In this document: in pieces, positions 22,028 through 32,478 of the stretch
Position numbering within the stretch: position 1 is the first letter of the stretch
How the letters are laid out: every line of letters starts with the position of its first letter
Assembly: GCA_964610315.1 (NCBI GenBank)
Contig: CAZSVM010000012.1
Coordinates: 4,089-68,088, forward strand
Length of the DNA stretch: 64,000 nucleotides
Reading direction: 5' to 3'
DNA from: an uncultured Actinomycetota bacterium
GTDB taxonomy: Bacteria > Actinomycetota > Humimicrobiia > Humimicrobiales > Humimicrobiaceae
Notes under the pieces: model-generated
Seen by the model: only the letters and a program-made list of their open reading frames with translations
Databases searched by the model: none
What the model was told of the DNA's origin: nothing
Program-made: the position numbers and the translations under genes

Positions 22028-22948
22028 TTAATAACCTGCCTGTTTAAGAGCCTCCACCCCTGAGACAATCTCCGAAATCTCTATGGTTATCTGCTGCTGT
22101 CTTACCCTATAGTATTTTTGAGTTAAATTCCTTATTATATCATCCGCATTATCACTTGAATTTCTCATAGCTGTCATTCTTGCTCCTGTTTCACTGGCAG
22201 TAGACTCCAGCAGTGCCATATAAACAATAGAGTAAATATATTCCGGCAGGAGCGATCTAAAAATTTCCTGAGGGGATGGCTCATACAGGAATTCAGGTGT
22301 AATTCTGCAATAACTGCCGCCAATCTGAATCAAGTTCTCACTCATTCTCTCGGTCATTATCCCCTCTTCGAATGGAAGAGGGAGAATCTGCTGAGTAGAT
22401 GGTACCTGTTCGGCTGCATTTTTAAATCTGGTGTAACATATTATAACCTGACTGACTTCTTTATCTATATAACTCTTGATAATATCGTTAGCAATTCCCC
22501 TGGCATCCAAAAATTTTGGATGATCGGATAAATTTTCAAATATACGATTCATCTCCATACCGGCATACCTGAAATAATTTTTACCTTTGGTACCTATTAT
22601 ATCCAGTATTACTTTCTTACCTTTACTCTCCGCTTCTTTTATAGTCCTTTCGATTAATCTTATTACATTCGAATTATAACCTCCGCAAAGCCCTCTATCT
22701 GCAGTAATACCTATAATCAGTACCGGTTTTTTATCCTCATTCTTATCCATCAAAGGGTTGGATACCGGAGAAAAGCAAACAATATCATCGATAAAATCTT
22801 CCAGTTTTTTAATAAAGGGTCTTGCTTCCAGAATTCTTCTCTGGTCCGTTTTGATTTTGGAAGAAGCAATCATTTCCATTGCTCTGGTTATTTTTCTGGT
22901 ATTTTTTATTCTGGTTAATCTGTCTTTTATATTTTTTGTCTGATCCAA
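22028..22948 (-). CDS. atpG: F-type ATP synthase gamma subunit
   Basis: 306 aa gamma-subunit sequence; position between alpha and beta. Confidence 0.9.
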   Translation of the reverse strand: MDQTKNIKDRLTRIKNTRKITRAMEMIASSKIKTDQRRILEARPFIKKLEDFIDDIVCFSPVSNPLMDKNEDKKPVLIIGITADRGLCGGYNSNVIRLIERTIKEAESKGKKVILDIIGTKGKNYFRYAGMEMNRIFENLSDHPKFLDARGIANDIIKSYIDKEVSQVIICYTRFKNAAEQVPSTQQILPLPFEEGIMTERMSENLIQIGGSYCRITPEFLYEPSPQEIFRSLLPEYIYSIVYMALLESTASETGARMTAMRNSSDNADDIIRNLTQKYYRVRQQQITIEISEIVSGVEALKQAGY

Positions 22949-22954
22949 ATATTA

Positions 22955-24484
22955 TCAACTCCCCTGGTAACCGGATTTTTTCTTAAATTTTTCCAGAGCT
23001 TCTCTCATCTTTTTTTCCAGCTCATTATCAAAATCTTTCATTTCGGTAATTTTTTCCAAAATCTGAGGATATGAATTGCGGATATAATCCAGATACTCCG
23101 ATTCAAATTTTTGCAGCTTACTTATTTCTATATCATCCAGGTGGCCATTGGTTAATGCATAAATAATCATGACCTGGTCCGCCACGGCCATCGGTTTGTA
23201 CTGTCTTTGTTTTAATATTTCGATTATCCTCTCTCCTCTATCCAGCTGTTTTCTGGTTTCCCTGTCCAGTTCGGTACCAAATTTTGCAAAAGTTTCCAGC
23301 TCCCTGTACTGGGCCAGATCCAGTCTCAGTCTGCCCGCTACTTTTTTCATGGCCTCAATCTGAGCATTTCCTCCCACCCTGGAAACCGAAATTCCGGGAT
23401 TTATAGCCGGTCTTATTCCTTCATTAAACAAATCCGCTTCCAGATATATCTGCCCATCGGTTATAGATATTGCATTGGTAGGAATATAGGCAGATATGTC
23501 TCCCGCTTTTGTTTCTATAACCGGTATGGCAGTCAATGAACCGCCTCCCCTGGCATCGGAAAGTTTGGCAGCTCTTTCAAGAAGTCTGGAATGAATATAA
23601 AATATATCACCGGGATAAGCCTTTCTTCCCGGCGGCCTTCTGAGCAGCAAAGATAATTGCCTGTAAGCTGCAGCCTGCTTGGAAAGGTCATCATATATAA
23701 TCAGGGCATGTTTTCCCCCATACATAAAATATTCACCCATGGCACATCCGGCATAGGGGGCAATATACTGAAGGGATGCCTGGATTTTGGCCGATGCACT
23801 TACTACTGTGGTGTATTCCATTGCACCCATTTCTTCAAGCTTATCTATAATCCTTACCACTGTCTCTGTTTTCTGGCCTATAGCCACATATACGCAGAAT
23901 ACATCAGTATCTTTTTGATTCAAAATAGTATCAATTAAAATTGCCGATTTTCCTATACTCCTGTCGCCTATTACCAGCTCTCTCTGTCCCCTTCCTATGG
24001 GAATCATTGAATCTATGGCCTTTATTCCGGTCTGAAGAGGTTCCTTTACCGGCTGACGGCTTATTACACCGGGACCCATAAATTCTACCGGCCGGAAGTT
24101 TTTGGTTTTAATCTCACCCTTATTATCCAGCGGTTTTCCCAGGGGGTCTACTATTCTTCCCACCAGTTCCTCACCCACAGGCACCTCTAAAATTTTTCCG
24201 GTACGTTTTACTATGTCTCCCTGCTGGATTTTAGTTGAATCCCCGAGGATGATAACTCCTATTTCCTCTTTATCCAGATTAAGGGCCAATCCATAAACCT
24301 CATCCGGAAAAAGAATCATTTCTCCGGCCATTACTTCCGAAAGGCCGCTTACCGTAGCAATACCGTCCCCCGCGGTAAGAACTTCACCCGTTTCTTCAGC
24401 TTTGGGCTCTATTTCGAATTTACTTATTTCCGAACTTATAATATCGGCAATTTTATTTACCCTGATCTTCAATATTAAATTCAC
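22955..24484 (-). CDS. atpA: F-type ATP synthase alpha subunit
   Basis: P-loop GDRSIGKSA, 509 aa alpha-subunit sequence. Confidence 0.95.
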   Translation of the reverse strand: MNLILKIRVNKIADIISSEISKFEIEPKAEETGEVLTAGDGIATVSGLSEVMAGEMILFPDEVYGLALNLDKEEIGVIILGDSTKIQQGDIVKRTGKILEVPVGEELVGRIVDPLGKPLDNKGEIKTKNFRPVEFMGPGVISRQPVKEPLQTGIKAIDSMIPIGRGQRELVIGDRSIGKSAILIDTILNQKDTDVFCVYVAIGQKTETVVRIIDKLEEMGAMEYTTVVSASAKIQASLQYIAPYAGCAMGEYFMYGGKHALIIYDDLSKQAAAYRQLSLLLRRPPGRKAYPGDIFYIHSRLLERAAKLSDARGGGSLTAIPVIETKAGDISAYIPTNAISITDGQIYLEADLFNEGIRPAINPGISVSRVGGNAQIEAMKKVAGRLRLDLAQYRELETFAKFGTELDRETRKQLDRGERIIEILKQRQYKPMAVADQVMIIYALTNGHLDDIEISKLQKFESEYLDYIRNSYPQILEKITEMKDFDNELEKKMREALEKFKKKSGYQGS

Positions 24485-25061
24485 TACCCTTCAATTCTAT
24501 CGATTTTAATTTTTCTCTTAAATCATTTATTTTACCCTTGACACTTAAGTCAATTATTCTATCACCGATTCTGATAATTACCCCTCCTATGATATCAGTA
24601 TCTATTACATTTTTAATTTCTACATCCATTCCTGTCTCTTTATCTACTTCTTCTTTGATCTCTTTAATTGTTTTTTCATCCAGGTCAGAGGTACTTATTA
24701 CTTCGATTTTCATCTGCCTTTTTAATTTTCTGACAAGCTTTACAAATTGATCATATATCTCTTCCAAAATATCTACTACATCCAGAATAACTATAATTAG
24801 AGCCACCGATTGTATTTCATCACTGGCCTTATCATTTAAAATCCCCAGTATCTTCTTTATTTTCTCCGCTTTATCAACCGAGGAATCGGTTAAATACTTT
24901 TTAAGTGTCATATTGGAAATAATTTTATTTTCCAGCTTACCAAACTCCTTTTCCAACAAATCCACAGTATCATTTGCTCTGGCAATATTTAGTATGGATT
25001 GAGCATATAAATAGGCAACCCTTTCTAAATCTTTTTTATTTTTTAATATTTTTTTTGTCAA
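24453..25061 (-). CDS. atpH: F-type ATP synthase delta subunit (OSCP)
   Basis: 202 aa; position between b and alpha; OSCP-like helical N-terminus. Confidence 0.8.
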   Translation of the reverse strand: MTKKILKNKKDLERVAYLYAQSILNIARANDTVDLLEKEFGKLENKIISNMTLKKYLTDSSVDKAEKIKKILGILNDKASDEIQSVALIIVILDVVDILEEIYDQFVKLVRKLKRQMKIEVISTSDLDEKTIKEIKEEVDKETGMDVEIKNVIDTDIIGGVIIRIGDRIIDLSVKGKINDLREKLKSIELKGSEFNIEDQGK

Positions 25062-25062
25062 T

Positions 25063-25605
25063 TTATAATTTGGTCGATTTTTTTAAACTTTTTCCCATTA
25101 ATTTCTGGAGTTCTTTTTCCAGTACGATTTTAGATACCATCTTTTCGGCAGCATCCAGGGCTATTTTCACCATTTTATTCTTTACCTCATTTATGGATCT
25201 TTCTTTTTCGGCTTTTATTTCACTTAAGGCATCCTCCATCATTTTCCTTGATTTTTCACCGGCTTTTTTTTCTATCTCCTCTTTTATTTTTTCCGCTCTC
25301 TTTTCGCTTTCTTCTATGATTTTGTGTGCCTCATTTCCGGCTTCCTCCAATTTTTTTCTTTGATCTTCAAGATACTTTTCCGCTTCTTTTCGCTGCCTTT
25401 CGGCCTCATTTATACTACTGCTTATCTCGGACTGTCTTTTTGAAATCATATTGTTTATCGGCTTAAAGACAAATCTCCATAGGGCAAGAACCAGTATTCC
25501 AAATACTATAATGGACCAGAATATGGTACTGCTCATGGGATTTAAAATTTTAAGCAATTCTTCCAAATTGTATTCACCACTTTTTAAATAATTTTCATTA
25601 TACAA
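25063..25605 (-). CDS. atpF: F-type ATP synthase subunit b
   Basis: Single N-terminal TM helix then long charged helix; 180 aa. Confidence 0.8.
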   Translation of the reverse strand: MYNENYLKSGEYNLEELLKILNPMSSTIFWSIIVFGILVLALWRFVFKPINNMISKRQSEISSSINEAERQRKEAEKYLEDQRKKLEEAGNEAHKIIEESEKRAEKIKEEIEKKAGEKSRKMMEDALSEIKAEKERSINEVKNKMVKIALDAAEKMVSKIVLEKELQKLMGKSLKKSTKL

Positions 25606-25694
25606 AAATTACCGCAATAACCGTTAACAAACTCCAGGAATCACCCTTCTTCATATCCAGGGGCAATGATTCCTGAAAATTTATATCGCAAATT

Positions 25695-25925
25695 CTATAC
25701 CACAAATATCAGCAGGAAAGCAACTACCAGAGCATACAAAGCAATTGCCTCTGCAAAAGCAATTCCAATAAACATAGCGGTTTGAATTATTCTTCCGGCT
25801 TCAGGCTGCCGCGCAATTCCTTCCACGGATTTCCCTACTATATTACCAATGGCAATTGCCGGGCCGATGGCACCAATCCCCATACAAAGCCCCGCTGCTA
25901 GTACTGCCAGTGTTTTTGGATCCAT
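25695..25925 (-). CDS. atpE: F-type ATP synthase subunit c (H+-type signature)
   Basis: 76-aa hairpin proteolipid, conserved loop RQPE and carboxylate in helix 2 (IAFAEAIALYA); lacks the Q/ES/T Na+ motif. Confidence 0.9.
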   Translation of the reverse strand: MDPKTLAVLAAGLCMGIGAIGPAIAIGNIVGKSVEGIARQPEAGRIIQTAMFIGIAFAEAIALYALVVAFLLIFVV

Positions 25926-26011
25926 AATATTACCCCCTATTTATCTTGTAATCAGTTTTGTAATAATAATTTCTTAAAATATATTGCATGGATGATTTTT
26001 CATTTTCATAT

Positions 26012-26749
26012 TTATTCTCTATGGCCAACAACCTCCCCTATATATATGGACGAAAGAATAGCAAAAATATATGCCTGGACTGCGGATATAAATATTTCAA
26101 AAATAGTCATGACTACGGCAAAGGGAACAGCTGCGGTAGCGATAAAATAGTTTTTAAAATATATAATAAGTCCCAAAAGTACATATATAATGGTATGACC
26201 GGCCAGCATGTTAGCAGTAAGACGAATAAACAGCGAGAATGGTTTTGCTATGGAACTTATTACTTCTATGGGAGTTACGATTGGATACATCCAGGATGGA
26301 ACATAAGCAGGAGCAAAAGTTCTTACATAACCTTTTATCCCATTTTTGGCAATATTGGAAATCTGAACTATTAAAAATACTAAAACCGCGATGGTAAGAG
26401 GTACCAGCGGATTGGAGGTCGGCGTATAGGCTCCCGGTATGATACCAATCAGATTATTGGAAAGAATAAAAATAAATATACCGCTTATTAAAGGGAACCA
26501 TCTGTCCCCTTCTTCTTTACCCATTACATTATAAATCATATATCTCTTTATGAATTCCACCAGCATTTCCACTACAACCTGTCCTTTCCGGGGAACTTTC
26601 TTTGCTCTTAAAGCCAGCATAAAAAATAAGATAAAAAATAACAGGGCAGCTCCGAACATGGACAGGGTAAGATTGGTAATAGATAGATCTACTCCCAGTA
26701 CTTTTATGGGAATTATAGTTTTAAGGTAAAAATGTTCCAGTATTTGCAA
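26012..26749 (-). CDS. atpB: F-type ATP synthase subunit a
   Basis: 245 aa polytopic membrane protein with the conserved Arg helix (FIRLTANMLAGH). Confidence 0.85.
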   Translation of the reverse strand: MQILEHFYLKTIIPIKVLGVDLSITNLTLSMFGAALLFFILFFMLALRAKKVPRKGQVVVEMLVEFIKRYMIYNVMGKEEGDRWFPLISGIFIFILSNNLIGIIPGAYTPTSNPLVPLTIAVLVFLIVQISNIAKNGIKGYVRTFAPAYVPSWMYPIVTPIEVISSIAKPFSLFIRLTANMLAGHTIIYVLLGLIIYFKNYFIATAAVPFAVVMTIFEIFISAVQAYIFAILSSIYIGEVVGHRE

Positions 26750-26763
26750 ATTATTCTCCTGAC

Positions 26764-27156
26764 TTACTGCCTGAATAACAGCTTTTTATAAATAATTATT
26801 ACCTCGATATTAAGAAAGATGGTGAAAAAAATTATAAATGCCAATCCCAGCACTATTAAATTCATGAAATTAAGTTTGAACATAAGATAAAAAACCGCAC
26901 CCACAAAAATTATTTTTATAAAAAAAGCAGGTAATATATATTTTAGTATGGCGGAAGACCTTCTCCTGTTCAGCCAGTAATAAAAAAATAGTGTGACTAT
27001 AAAGGTAATGAAAGCCAGAAATCCAGCAGCGGTTACGGCCAGAAAAATATTCCTGGCAAAGATAAAAAAGCTTATCGCTGCAATTGCCAATAATAAAATT
27101 AAACTAAAAATAGTAATTTTCCCTATTTTTAAAAGATCACTGCTTCTTACCATCAT
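26764..27156 (-). CDS. atpI: AtpI-like small membrane protein (ATP synthase protein I)
   Basis: 130 aa, four hydrophobic helices, first gene of the atp operon directly downstream of a near-consensus promoter. Confidence 0.5.
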   Translation of the reverse strand: MMVRSSDLLKIGKITIFSLILLLAIAAISFFIFARNIFLAVTAAGFLAFITFIVTLFFYYWLNRRRSSAILKYILPAFFIKIIFVGAVFYLMFKLNFMNLIVLGLAFIIFFTIFLNIEVIIIYKKLLFRQ

Positions 27157-27229
27157 CCCATCAAATCCTTATCCCCATCCTGGTTACCTTGTCTTACCGC
27201 ACGCGTCCGCGTCATTCAGGTTTTTAAAG

Positions 27230-27257
27230 ATTATACTCTTAAAAATTTTCTTTTCAA
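27230..27257 (-). promoter_or_regulatory. Candidate sigma-A promoter of the atp operon (TTGAAA-16-TATAAT on minus strand)
   Basis: Minus-strand reading: TTGAAAagaaaatttttaagagTATAAT; -35 abuts the comEB stop codon; ~75-nt GC-rich leader precedes atpI. Confidence 0.45.
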
Positions 27258-27713
27258 TTAGAAATCAAGCCTTACCAGTTCAACTCCTGATTCGCACAGG
27301 AGTTCGGTAGCAAGAGGGTCAGGGTAGTCCTCAAAATAATATATTTTTCTTATACCGCAGTTTATTATCATTTTGGCACAAAGAACACAGGGCTGATTTG
27401 TGCAGTAAATAACAGAATCTCTTATCTGCACTCCGTGGTATGCAGATTGCAGAATGGCATTCTGTTCAGCATGAAGGCCGCGGCAAATTTCCTGTCTCTC
27501 ACCGGAAGGTACTCCCAGTTCTTCCCGCAGACAGGTTCCAATTTCAAGACAGTTTCTTACTCTCATCGGAGCACCATTATAACCGGTGGTAAGAATTCTC
27601 TTATCTTTTACGATTATGGCACCGACTTTTCTTCTAAGACAGGTAGATCTTGTGGCTACCTGCCTGGTTATCGATGCAAAATATTCATCCCATGTGGGGC
27701 GGGTTATTACCAT
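27258..27713 (-). CDS. comEB: dCMP deaminase (cytidine/deoxycytidylate deaminase family)
   Basis: Zinc-binding HAEQNAI and PCxxC ([11 protein letters not shown]) motifs; 151 aa. Confidence 0.8.
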   Translation of the reverse strand: MVITRPTWDEYFASITRQVATRSTCLRRKVGAIIVKDKRILTTGYNGAPMRVRNCLEIGTCLREELGVPSGERQEICRGLHAEQNAILQSAYHGVQIRDSVIYCTNQPCVLCAKMIINCGIRKIYYFEDYPDPLATELLCESGVELVRLDF

Positions 27714-27923
27714 TCTCAGTATTCTTTATAATAAATTATAAAAAATCTTATCCTGATCCTGCCTCGGTTTACCATAACAGGCTCTTTAAAATATACTAAA
27801 TCTAATTTAATAAAATGCCAAGTATTTTTATAAAACATCAGATGTACAGATGCAGAACCGATATCGATTTTCATTAAAAGAAAAATATTATATACTAAAA
27901 ACAACTTATATATATCTCTCTTT

Positions 27924-28565
27924 ATGAATAGGATAAAAATTAACAATCTGGATAAATTTGACAGACCCTCGGTAATAAAAAAAATTGCCAGATTTCTATC
28001 AGAAGGCAGGATAATAATTCTTCCCACCGGCACCATATATGGAATAAGCTGCAAATATAATGATAGGCGTGCAGTAGAAAGGATATATAAAATCAAAAAA
28101 AGAGTGGCAGACCTGCCCTTTATAATACTGATTTCCAATGTAGATGATTTGAAAATTTTGGCGACGGATATAAATCCGGCCGCAGAAAGTATAATAGGAA
28201 GATTCTGGAATATCAAAAATCCGCAATCTCTTACACTAATTTTCAATAAAAAGAAATATTTAAGAAAATTTATTACCGGCGGTAAACCCACTATCGCCCT
28301 GAGGATGGCGGAACCTAAACTGTTAAGGGATATAATAGATATCTGCGGCCCTATCACATCCACCAGTGCCACTATTTCCGGAATAAAAAAATTCCCCCGG
28401 AAAATAGAGGACATACCCGCTGACATCCGAAAAGGGGTGGATCTGGCAGTAGAGTATCCATCCATACTGCCGGGGATGCAGTCGACCATTATCGATGTAA
28501 CCGGCAATACTCCAGTCCTGATAAGAGAAGGTAAAGTGAAGTTCGAAGATATTATTGGCTATTGA
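27924..28565 (+). CDS. tsaC: L-threonylcarbamoyladenylate synthase (TsaC/YrdC type)
   Basis: 213 aa YrdC-like domain (IIILPTGTIYGISC...), no Sua5 C-terminal extension. Confidence 0.85.
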   Translation: MNRIKINNLDKFDRPSVIKKIARFLSEGRIIILPTGTIYGISCKYNDRRAVERIYKIKKRVADLPFIILISNVDDLKILATDINPAAESIIGRFWNIKNPQSLTLIFNKKKYLRKFITGGKPTIALRMAEPKLLRDIIDICGPITSTSATISGIKKFPRKIEDIPADIRKGVDLAVEYPSILPGMQSTIIDVTGNTPVLIREGKVKFEDIIGY

Positions 28566-28590
28566 TAAAATTTAAAGATTCGGATATTTT

Positions 28591-28618
28591 TTGATTATCC
28601 GGTTAATTGGAATATAAT
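28591..28618 (+). promoter_or_regulatory. Candidate sigma-A promoter for rpiB-glyA (TTGATT-16-TATAAT)
   Basis: TTGATT at 28591-28596, TATAAT at 28613-28618. Confidence 0.4.
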
Positions 28619-28660
28619 ATTACAAAGTTCAAGATTATAATAATTATCTGAGCTATTTAA

Positions 28661-28678
28661 GAGTTGTGTTTACAACTC
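28661..28678 (+). promoter_or_regulatory. Perfect 7-bp inverted repeat GAGTTGT-GTTT-ACAACTC in the rpiB leader (hairpin or operator)
   Basis: Palindrome read directly; lies between the predicted promoter and the rpiB RBS (AAGGTGA), followed by a U-rich tract. Confidence 0.3.
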
Positions 28679-28716
28679 ATGTTTTAAAAGATTTTTAAAA
28701 AGGTGACAGAAAATTT

Positions 28717-29178
28717 ATGAAAGTGGTTATAGCTTCGGATCATGCCGGTTTTAACTATAAATCCAGTTTAACGGAAGCAATAAAATCCATGGGGCACAGC
28801 GTGCTGGATATCGGAACCAACAGCACTGAAAGCGTAGACTACCCCGATTTCGGAGAAAAAGCCTCCAGAATGGTAGCCTGTGGGCAGGCTGATATCGGAA
28901 TACTTGTATGCGGATCCGGAATCGGTATGGATATAGTGGCCAATAAGATAAAAGGCATACGATCTGCCGTATGCTGGAATGTTGAGACCGCAGAAGTGGC
29001 CAGGAGCCATAACAGCGCAAATGTACTATGTCTGGGGGAAAGATTTTTGTCCCTAGAAAATTGTATCGAAATAACAAAAACTTTTTTGAACACCCCTACC
29101 AGCAATGAAGAGCGGCATATTAGAAGAGTTGATAAAATAATGAAAATAGAAGAAAGGAACCAGGTCTGCGATGACTAA
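28717..29178 (+). CDS. rpiB: Ribose-5-phosphate isomerase B
   Basis: MKVVIASDHAGF N-terminus, RpiB/LacAB fold, 153 aa. Confidence 0.9.
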   Translation: MKVVIASDHAGFNYKSSLTEAIKSMGHSVLDIGTNSTESVDYPDFGEKASRMVACGQADIGILVCGSGIGMDIVANKIKGIRSAVCWNVETAEVARSHNSANVLCLGERFLSLENCIEITKTFLNTPTSNEERHIRRVDKIMKIEERNQVCDD

Positions 29179-30439
29179 TCCCAAAAAATACCAAAACCAT
29201 ACTTTAAGTAAAAACCCGGATATTGAAGTGGAAAAAATAATAAATAAAGAAATAGAGAGGCAAAAAAGCAAACTTATCCTTATAGCTTCCGAAAATTTTA
29301 CCTCTCAGGAAGTTATAAAAACCATGGGTTCGGTCCTTACTAATAAATATGCAGAAGGTTACCCCGGTTTCAGGTATTACGCCGGCTGCGAGAATGTCGA
29401 TGAAGCCGAGCAGCTGGCCATAGACAGAGCCAATAAATTATTTGGCTCCAATTACAGCAACGTACAGCCCCACAGCGGAGTAAGTGCCAACCTTGCGGTT
29501 TTTCTGGGCATCCTGAATTGCGGAGACAGGATACTGAGTATGAATTTAAAAGACGGGGGTCATCTTTCTCACGGCCATAAGCAAAACTTGAGCGGCAGAT
29601 ATTACGAAATACATACTTATACTGTGGATCCGGAAACGGAAATCCTGGACTACGGAAGCATCAGGAAAATAGCCAGAACCGTCAGGCCCAAACTTATTAT
29701 AGCGGGAGCCAGTTCCTACTCCCGGATAATCAATTTTAAAAAGTTCAGAGAAATTGCTGATGAAGTGGGCGCCTATCTTATGGCTGACACTGCCCATATT
29801 GCCGGACTTATGGTAAGCGGTTTTCATCCCACTTCCATAAAAGTAGCCGATTTTACCACGGCCACTACCCATAAAACTTTAAGGGGACCCCGCGGGGGAC
29901 TAATCATTGCCGATAAAAAATATGCCGGTCTTATAGATAAATCCGTTTTTCCCGGTGTTCAGGGAGGTCCGCTCATGCACATAATTGCTGCCAAAGCGGT
30001 AGCTTTAAGAGAAGCTCTGGAAGATTCGTTCAGGGATTACAGCCGGCGTATAATTGAGAATTCGAAAGCTCTGTGTCAATATATGAAGGATGAAGGTTTC
30101 AGGATCGTATCCGGCGGAACGGATAATCACCTGTTCCTGATAGACTTAACCGATAAGGGATTAACCGGTTTTGATGCAGTTGGAATATTAACTTCGGTCG
30201 GAATAACCATCAATAAAAATGTAATACCCTTCGATAAACTGGGCCCCATGATAACCAGCGGTATAAGAATCGGTACCCCTGCAGTGACCACCCAGGGAAT
30301 GGGTGTAGAGGAAATGTATAAAATCGGTGAGTTGGTTTCGTCGGCCCTAAAGAATAGGAAAAATAATACCAGGCTTAAAGAAATAAGCAAGAAAGTTAAA
30401 AGTCTTACCGCAGATTTTCCGGTTTATACCAGAGAGTAA
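29171..30439 (+). CDS. glyA: Serine hydroxymethyltransferase
   Basis: PLP-lysine motif TTHKTLRGPRGG; 422 aa; 8-nt overlap with rpiB. Confidence 0.95.
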   Translation: MTNPKKYQNHTLSKNPDIEVEKIINKEIERQKSKLILIASENFTSQEVIKTMGSVLTNKYAEGYPGFRYYAGCENVDEAEQLAIDRANKLFGSNYSNVQPHSGVSANLAVFLGILNCGDRILSMNLKDGGHLSHGHKQNLSGRYYEIHTYTVDPETEILDYGSIRKIARTVRPKLIIAGASSYSRIINFKKFREIADEVGAYLMADTAHIAGLMVSGFHPTSIKVADFTTATTHKTLRGPRGGLIIADKKYAGLIDKSVFPGVQGGPLMHIIAAKAVALREALEDSFRDYSRRIIENSKALCQYMKDEGFRIVSGGTDNHLFLIDLTDKGLTGFDAVGILTSVGITINKNVIPFDKLGPMITSGIRIGTPAVTTQGMGVEEMYKIGELVSSALKNRKNNTRLKEISKKVKSLTADFPVYTRE

Positions 30440-30451
30440 AATATTTAATAT

Positions 30452-31072
30452 TTAGTGGCTTCTTACAATATCTTTTACCTTCATAAGTCTTACCGTATTG
30501 GAACGTTCGGTCTCATCCAGCTTCATGTCTATGAAACTTATAGTTTCGGCTATGCTGGGTATTAACTTATATTCCAGGGCATTAACCCTTCTTCTGGTTT
30601 CTTCGATTTCTATAGCCATAAGCTGTAACATTTTCTCCTTTTCGGCCAGATTGAGAAGGCTGTCTATAAATTTATCGAAATCATTAAGAGCAATATCCAT
30701 CTCCCCCGAAGTATTTATATAACCATAAGGAATGATACTATCCCTTAACTCCCGGACATAAACCGGTATATGAACACTCATAACATTTTTCCTTTCCAGG
30801 GAAACCGATATTTTTTTTGAAGGCAGCAGTAATTCCTGTTCTGTCTGATAGGAGCCGGTACCTGCTTTTGCCAGTACAAATCTTTCCAGTATGGACCGGA
30901 ATTCTTTTTCTATGGAAAACCGGAGCTCCCTGACTTCATCGATTATCTCCAGCCACTGCCTCATAAGCTCGTCTCTCTTATCTTTAAGAAGTTTATGCCC
31001 CCGGCGGGCAAGATTTAACCTCTTTCTTAACCGCAGCAGCTCCATTCTGGTGGCATTTACATTTAAAAGCAT
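30452..31072 (-). CDS. ntpD: V/A-type ATPase subunit D
   Basis: 206 aa central-stalk coiled-coil subunit; last gene of the V-type operon. Confidence 0.85.
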   Translation of the reverse strand: MLLNVNATRMELLRLRKRLNLARRGHKLLKDKRDELMRQWLEIIDEVRELRFSIEKEFRSILERFVLAKAGTGSYQTEQELLLPSKKISVSLERKNVMSVHIPVYVRELRDSIIPYGYINTSGEMDIALNDFDKFIDSLLNLAEKEKMLQLMAIEIEETRRRVNALEYKLIPSIAETISFIDMKLDETERSNTVRLMKVKDIVRSH

Positions 31073-32476
31073 TTAACCACCCTCATTATCCTGTTTTTCG
31101 GTTTTAAATTTGGCAAAATATTTATCCAGATACTCGGTTCTTATTCTCTTCAATTCTTCCCTGGGGAAGACGCTTAAAAGTTTCCATCCCAGATCAAGGG
31201 TCTGGTCTATGGTTCTATTGTCATACTCACCCTGAGAAACGTACTCTTCTTCGAATTTTTCGGCAAATTTCAAATACAGCTTATCCATATCGGTCAGTGC
31301 CGCTTCTCCCAGGATAACTGCCAGTTCTTCTACCTCTTTTCCCCGTGCATAAGCTGCATACAGCTGATTAAATATATCGGCATGATCTTCCCGGGTCTTT
31401 CCCTGTCCTATTCCTTTATCTTTCAGCCTGGAAAGCGAGGGCAGTACATCAACGGGAGGGGATATTTTTTTCCTATGGAGTGACCTCGATAATATAATCT
31501 GACCCTCGGTTATATACCCGGTAAGATCCGGAATGGGATGAGTCTTGTCATCTTCGGGCATGGTAAGTATGGGAATCTGGGTTATGGAACCTTTCTTTCC
31601 CTTAATCCTGCCCGCTCTTTCATAAATAGTAGCCAGGTCGGTATATAGATAACCCGGATAGCCTCTTCTTCCGGGAATTTCCTTCCTGGCAGCAGAAATT
31701 TCCTTTAAGGCTTCGCAGTAATTGGTCATATCGGTCAAAATTACCAGCACATGCATATCTTTTTCAAAAGCAAGATATTCGGCACAGGTGAGGCCCACCC
31801 TGGGGGTTGCCACCCTTTCAATAGCCGGATCATCGGCCAGATTGAGTACCAGAACCGCTCTGTTCATGGCACCGGTTTTTTTGAAATCATTGATAAAATA
31901 TTCCGATTCTTCGAAGGTGATCCCGATGGCTACAAAAATTACGGCAAATTCTTCATTATCGGTGAGAACCGCAGATTGTCTGGCAATTTGAGCGGCTATA
32001 CGGTTATGAGGCAAGCCCGCTCCGGAAAATATGGGAAGTTTCTGCCCCCTTACCAGGGTATTCAAACCATCCAGAGAGGATATTCCGGTTTGTATAAACT
32101 CATTGGGATAATCCCTAGCATATGGATTGATTGGCGCCCCGTTTATATCCCGGCTCTCCTCGGGAATAATCTTATCCTTATCGGTCATCGGCCTGCCCAG
32201 ACCGGTAAAAACTTTACCCAGTATATCGGGAGAAAGATAAATATGAGTACCCCTGCCTAAAAACCGGACTCTGGTATTCTGGGAATCTATCCCGGCGGTA
32301 CCTTCGAATACCTGTACCAGTGCATTATCTCTATCAACTTCAAGTACCCTGCCGCTTCTTATGCTCCCGTCATCAAGTTTTATATCCACCATTTCCTCAT
32401 ATTTAACTCCTTCCACACCTTCCACGTGAAGCAGGGGACCGGAAATATTGACAATACTTTTATATTCTTTTAGCAT
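31073..32476 (-). CDS. ntpB: V/A-type ATPase subunit B
   Basis: 467 aa non-catalytic B-subunit sequence. Confidence 0.95.
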   Translation of the reverse strand: MLKEYKSIVNISGPLLHVEGVEGVKYEEMVDIKLDDGSIRSGRVLEVDRDNALVQVFEGTAGIDSQNTRVRFLGRGTHIYLSPDILGKVFTGLGRPMTDKDKIIPEESRDINGAPINPYARDYPNEFIQTGISSLDGLNTLVRGQKLPIFSGAGLPHNRIAAQIARQSAVLTDNEEFAVIFVAIGITFEESEYFINDFKKTGAMNRAVLVLNLADDPAIERVATPRVGLTCAEYLAFEKDMHVLVILTDMTNYCEALKEISAARKEIPGRRGYPGYLYTDLATIYERAGRIKGKKGSITQIPILTMPEDDKTHPIPDLTGYITEGQIILSRSLHRKKISPPVDVLPSLSRLKDKGIGQGKTREDHADIFNQLYAAYARGKEVEELAVILGEAALTDMDKLYLKFAEKFEEEYVSQGEYDNRTIDQTLDLGWKLLSVFPREELKRIRTEYLDKYFAKFKTEKQDNEGG

Positions 32477-32478
32477 TT

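Noticed and set aside
25695-25925. Na+ specificity for the F-type c subunit as well
   Set aside because: It lacks the Gln at the helix-1 position and the Ser/Thr following the helix-2 Glu, both of which Na+-binding F-type c rings require. The sequence reads ...GNIVGK... and ...AFAEAIALY...
27716-28507. 263-aa minus-strand ORF from the ORF track
   Set aside because: It lies entirely antisense to tsaC, which has a clear YrdC signature. Its translation is low-complexity Ile/Leu/Phe-rich with no recognisable motif, which is typical of a shadow ORF in AT-rich DNA.
31751-32260. 169-aa plus-strand ORF inside ntpB, and similar antisense ORFs at 14656-15051, 43300-43800 and 45392-45769
   Set aside because: All lie antisense within well-supported genes and lack motifs. 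They are shadow ORFs.
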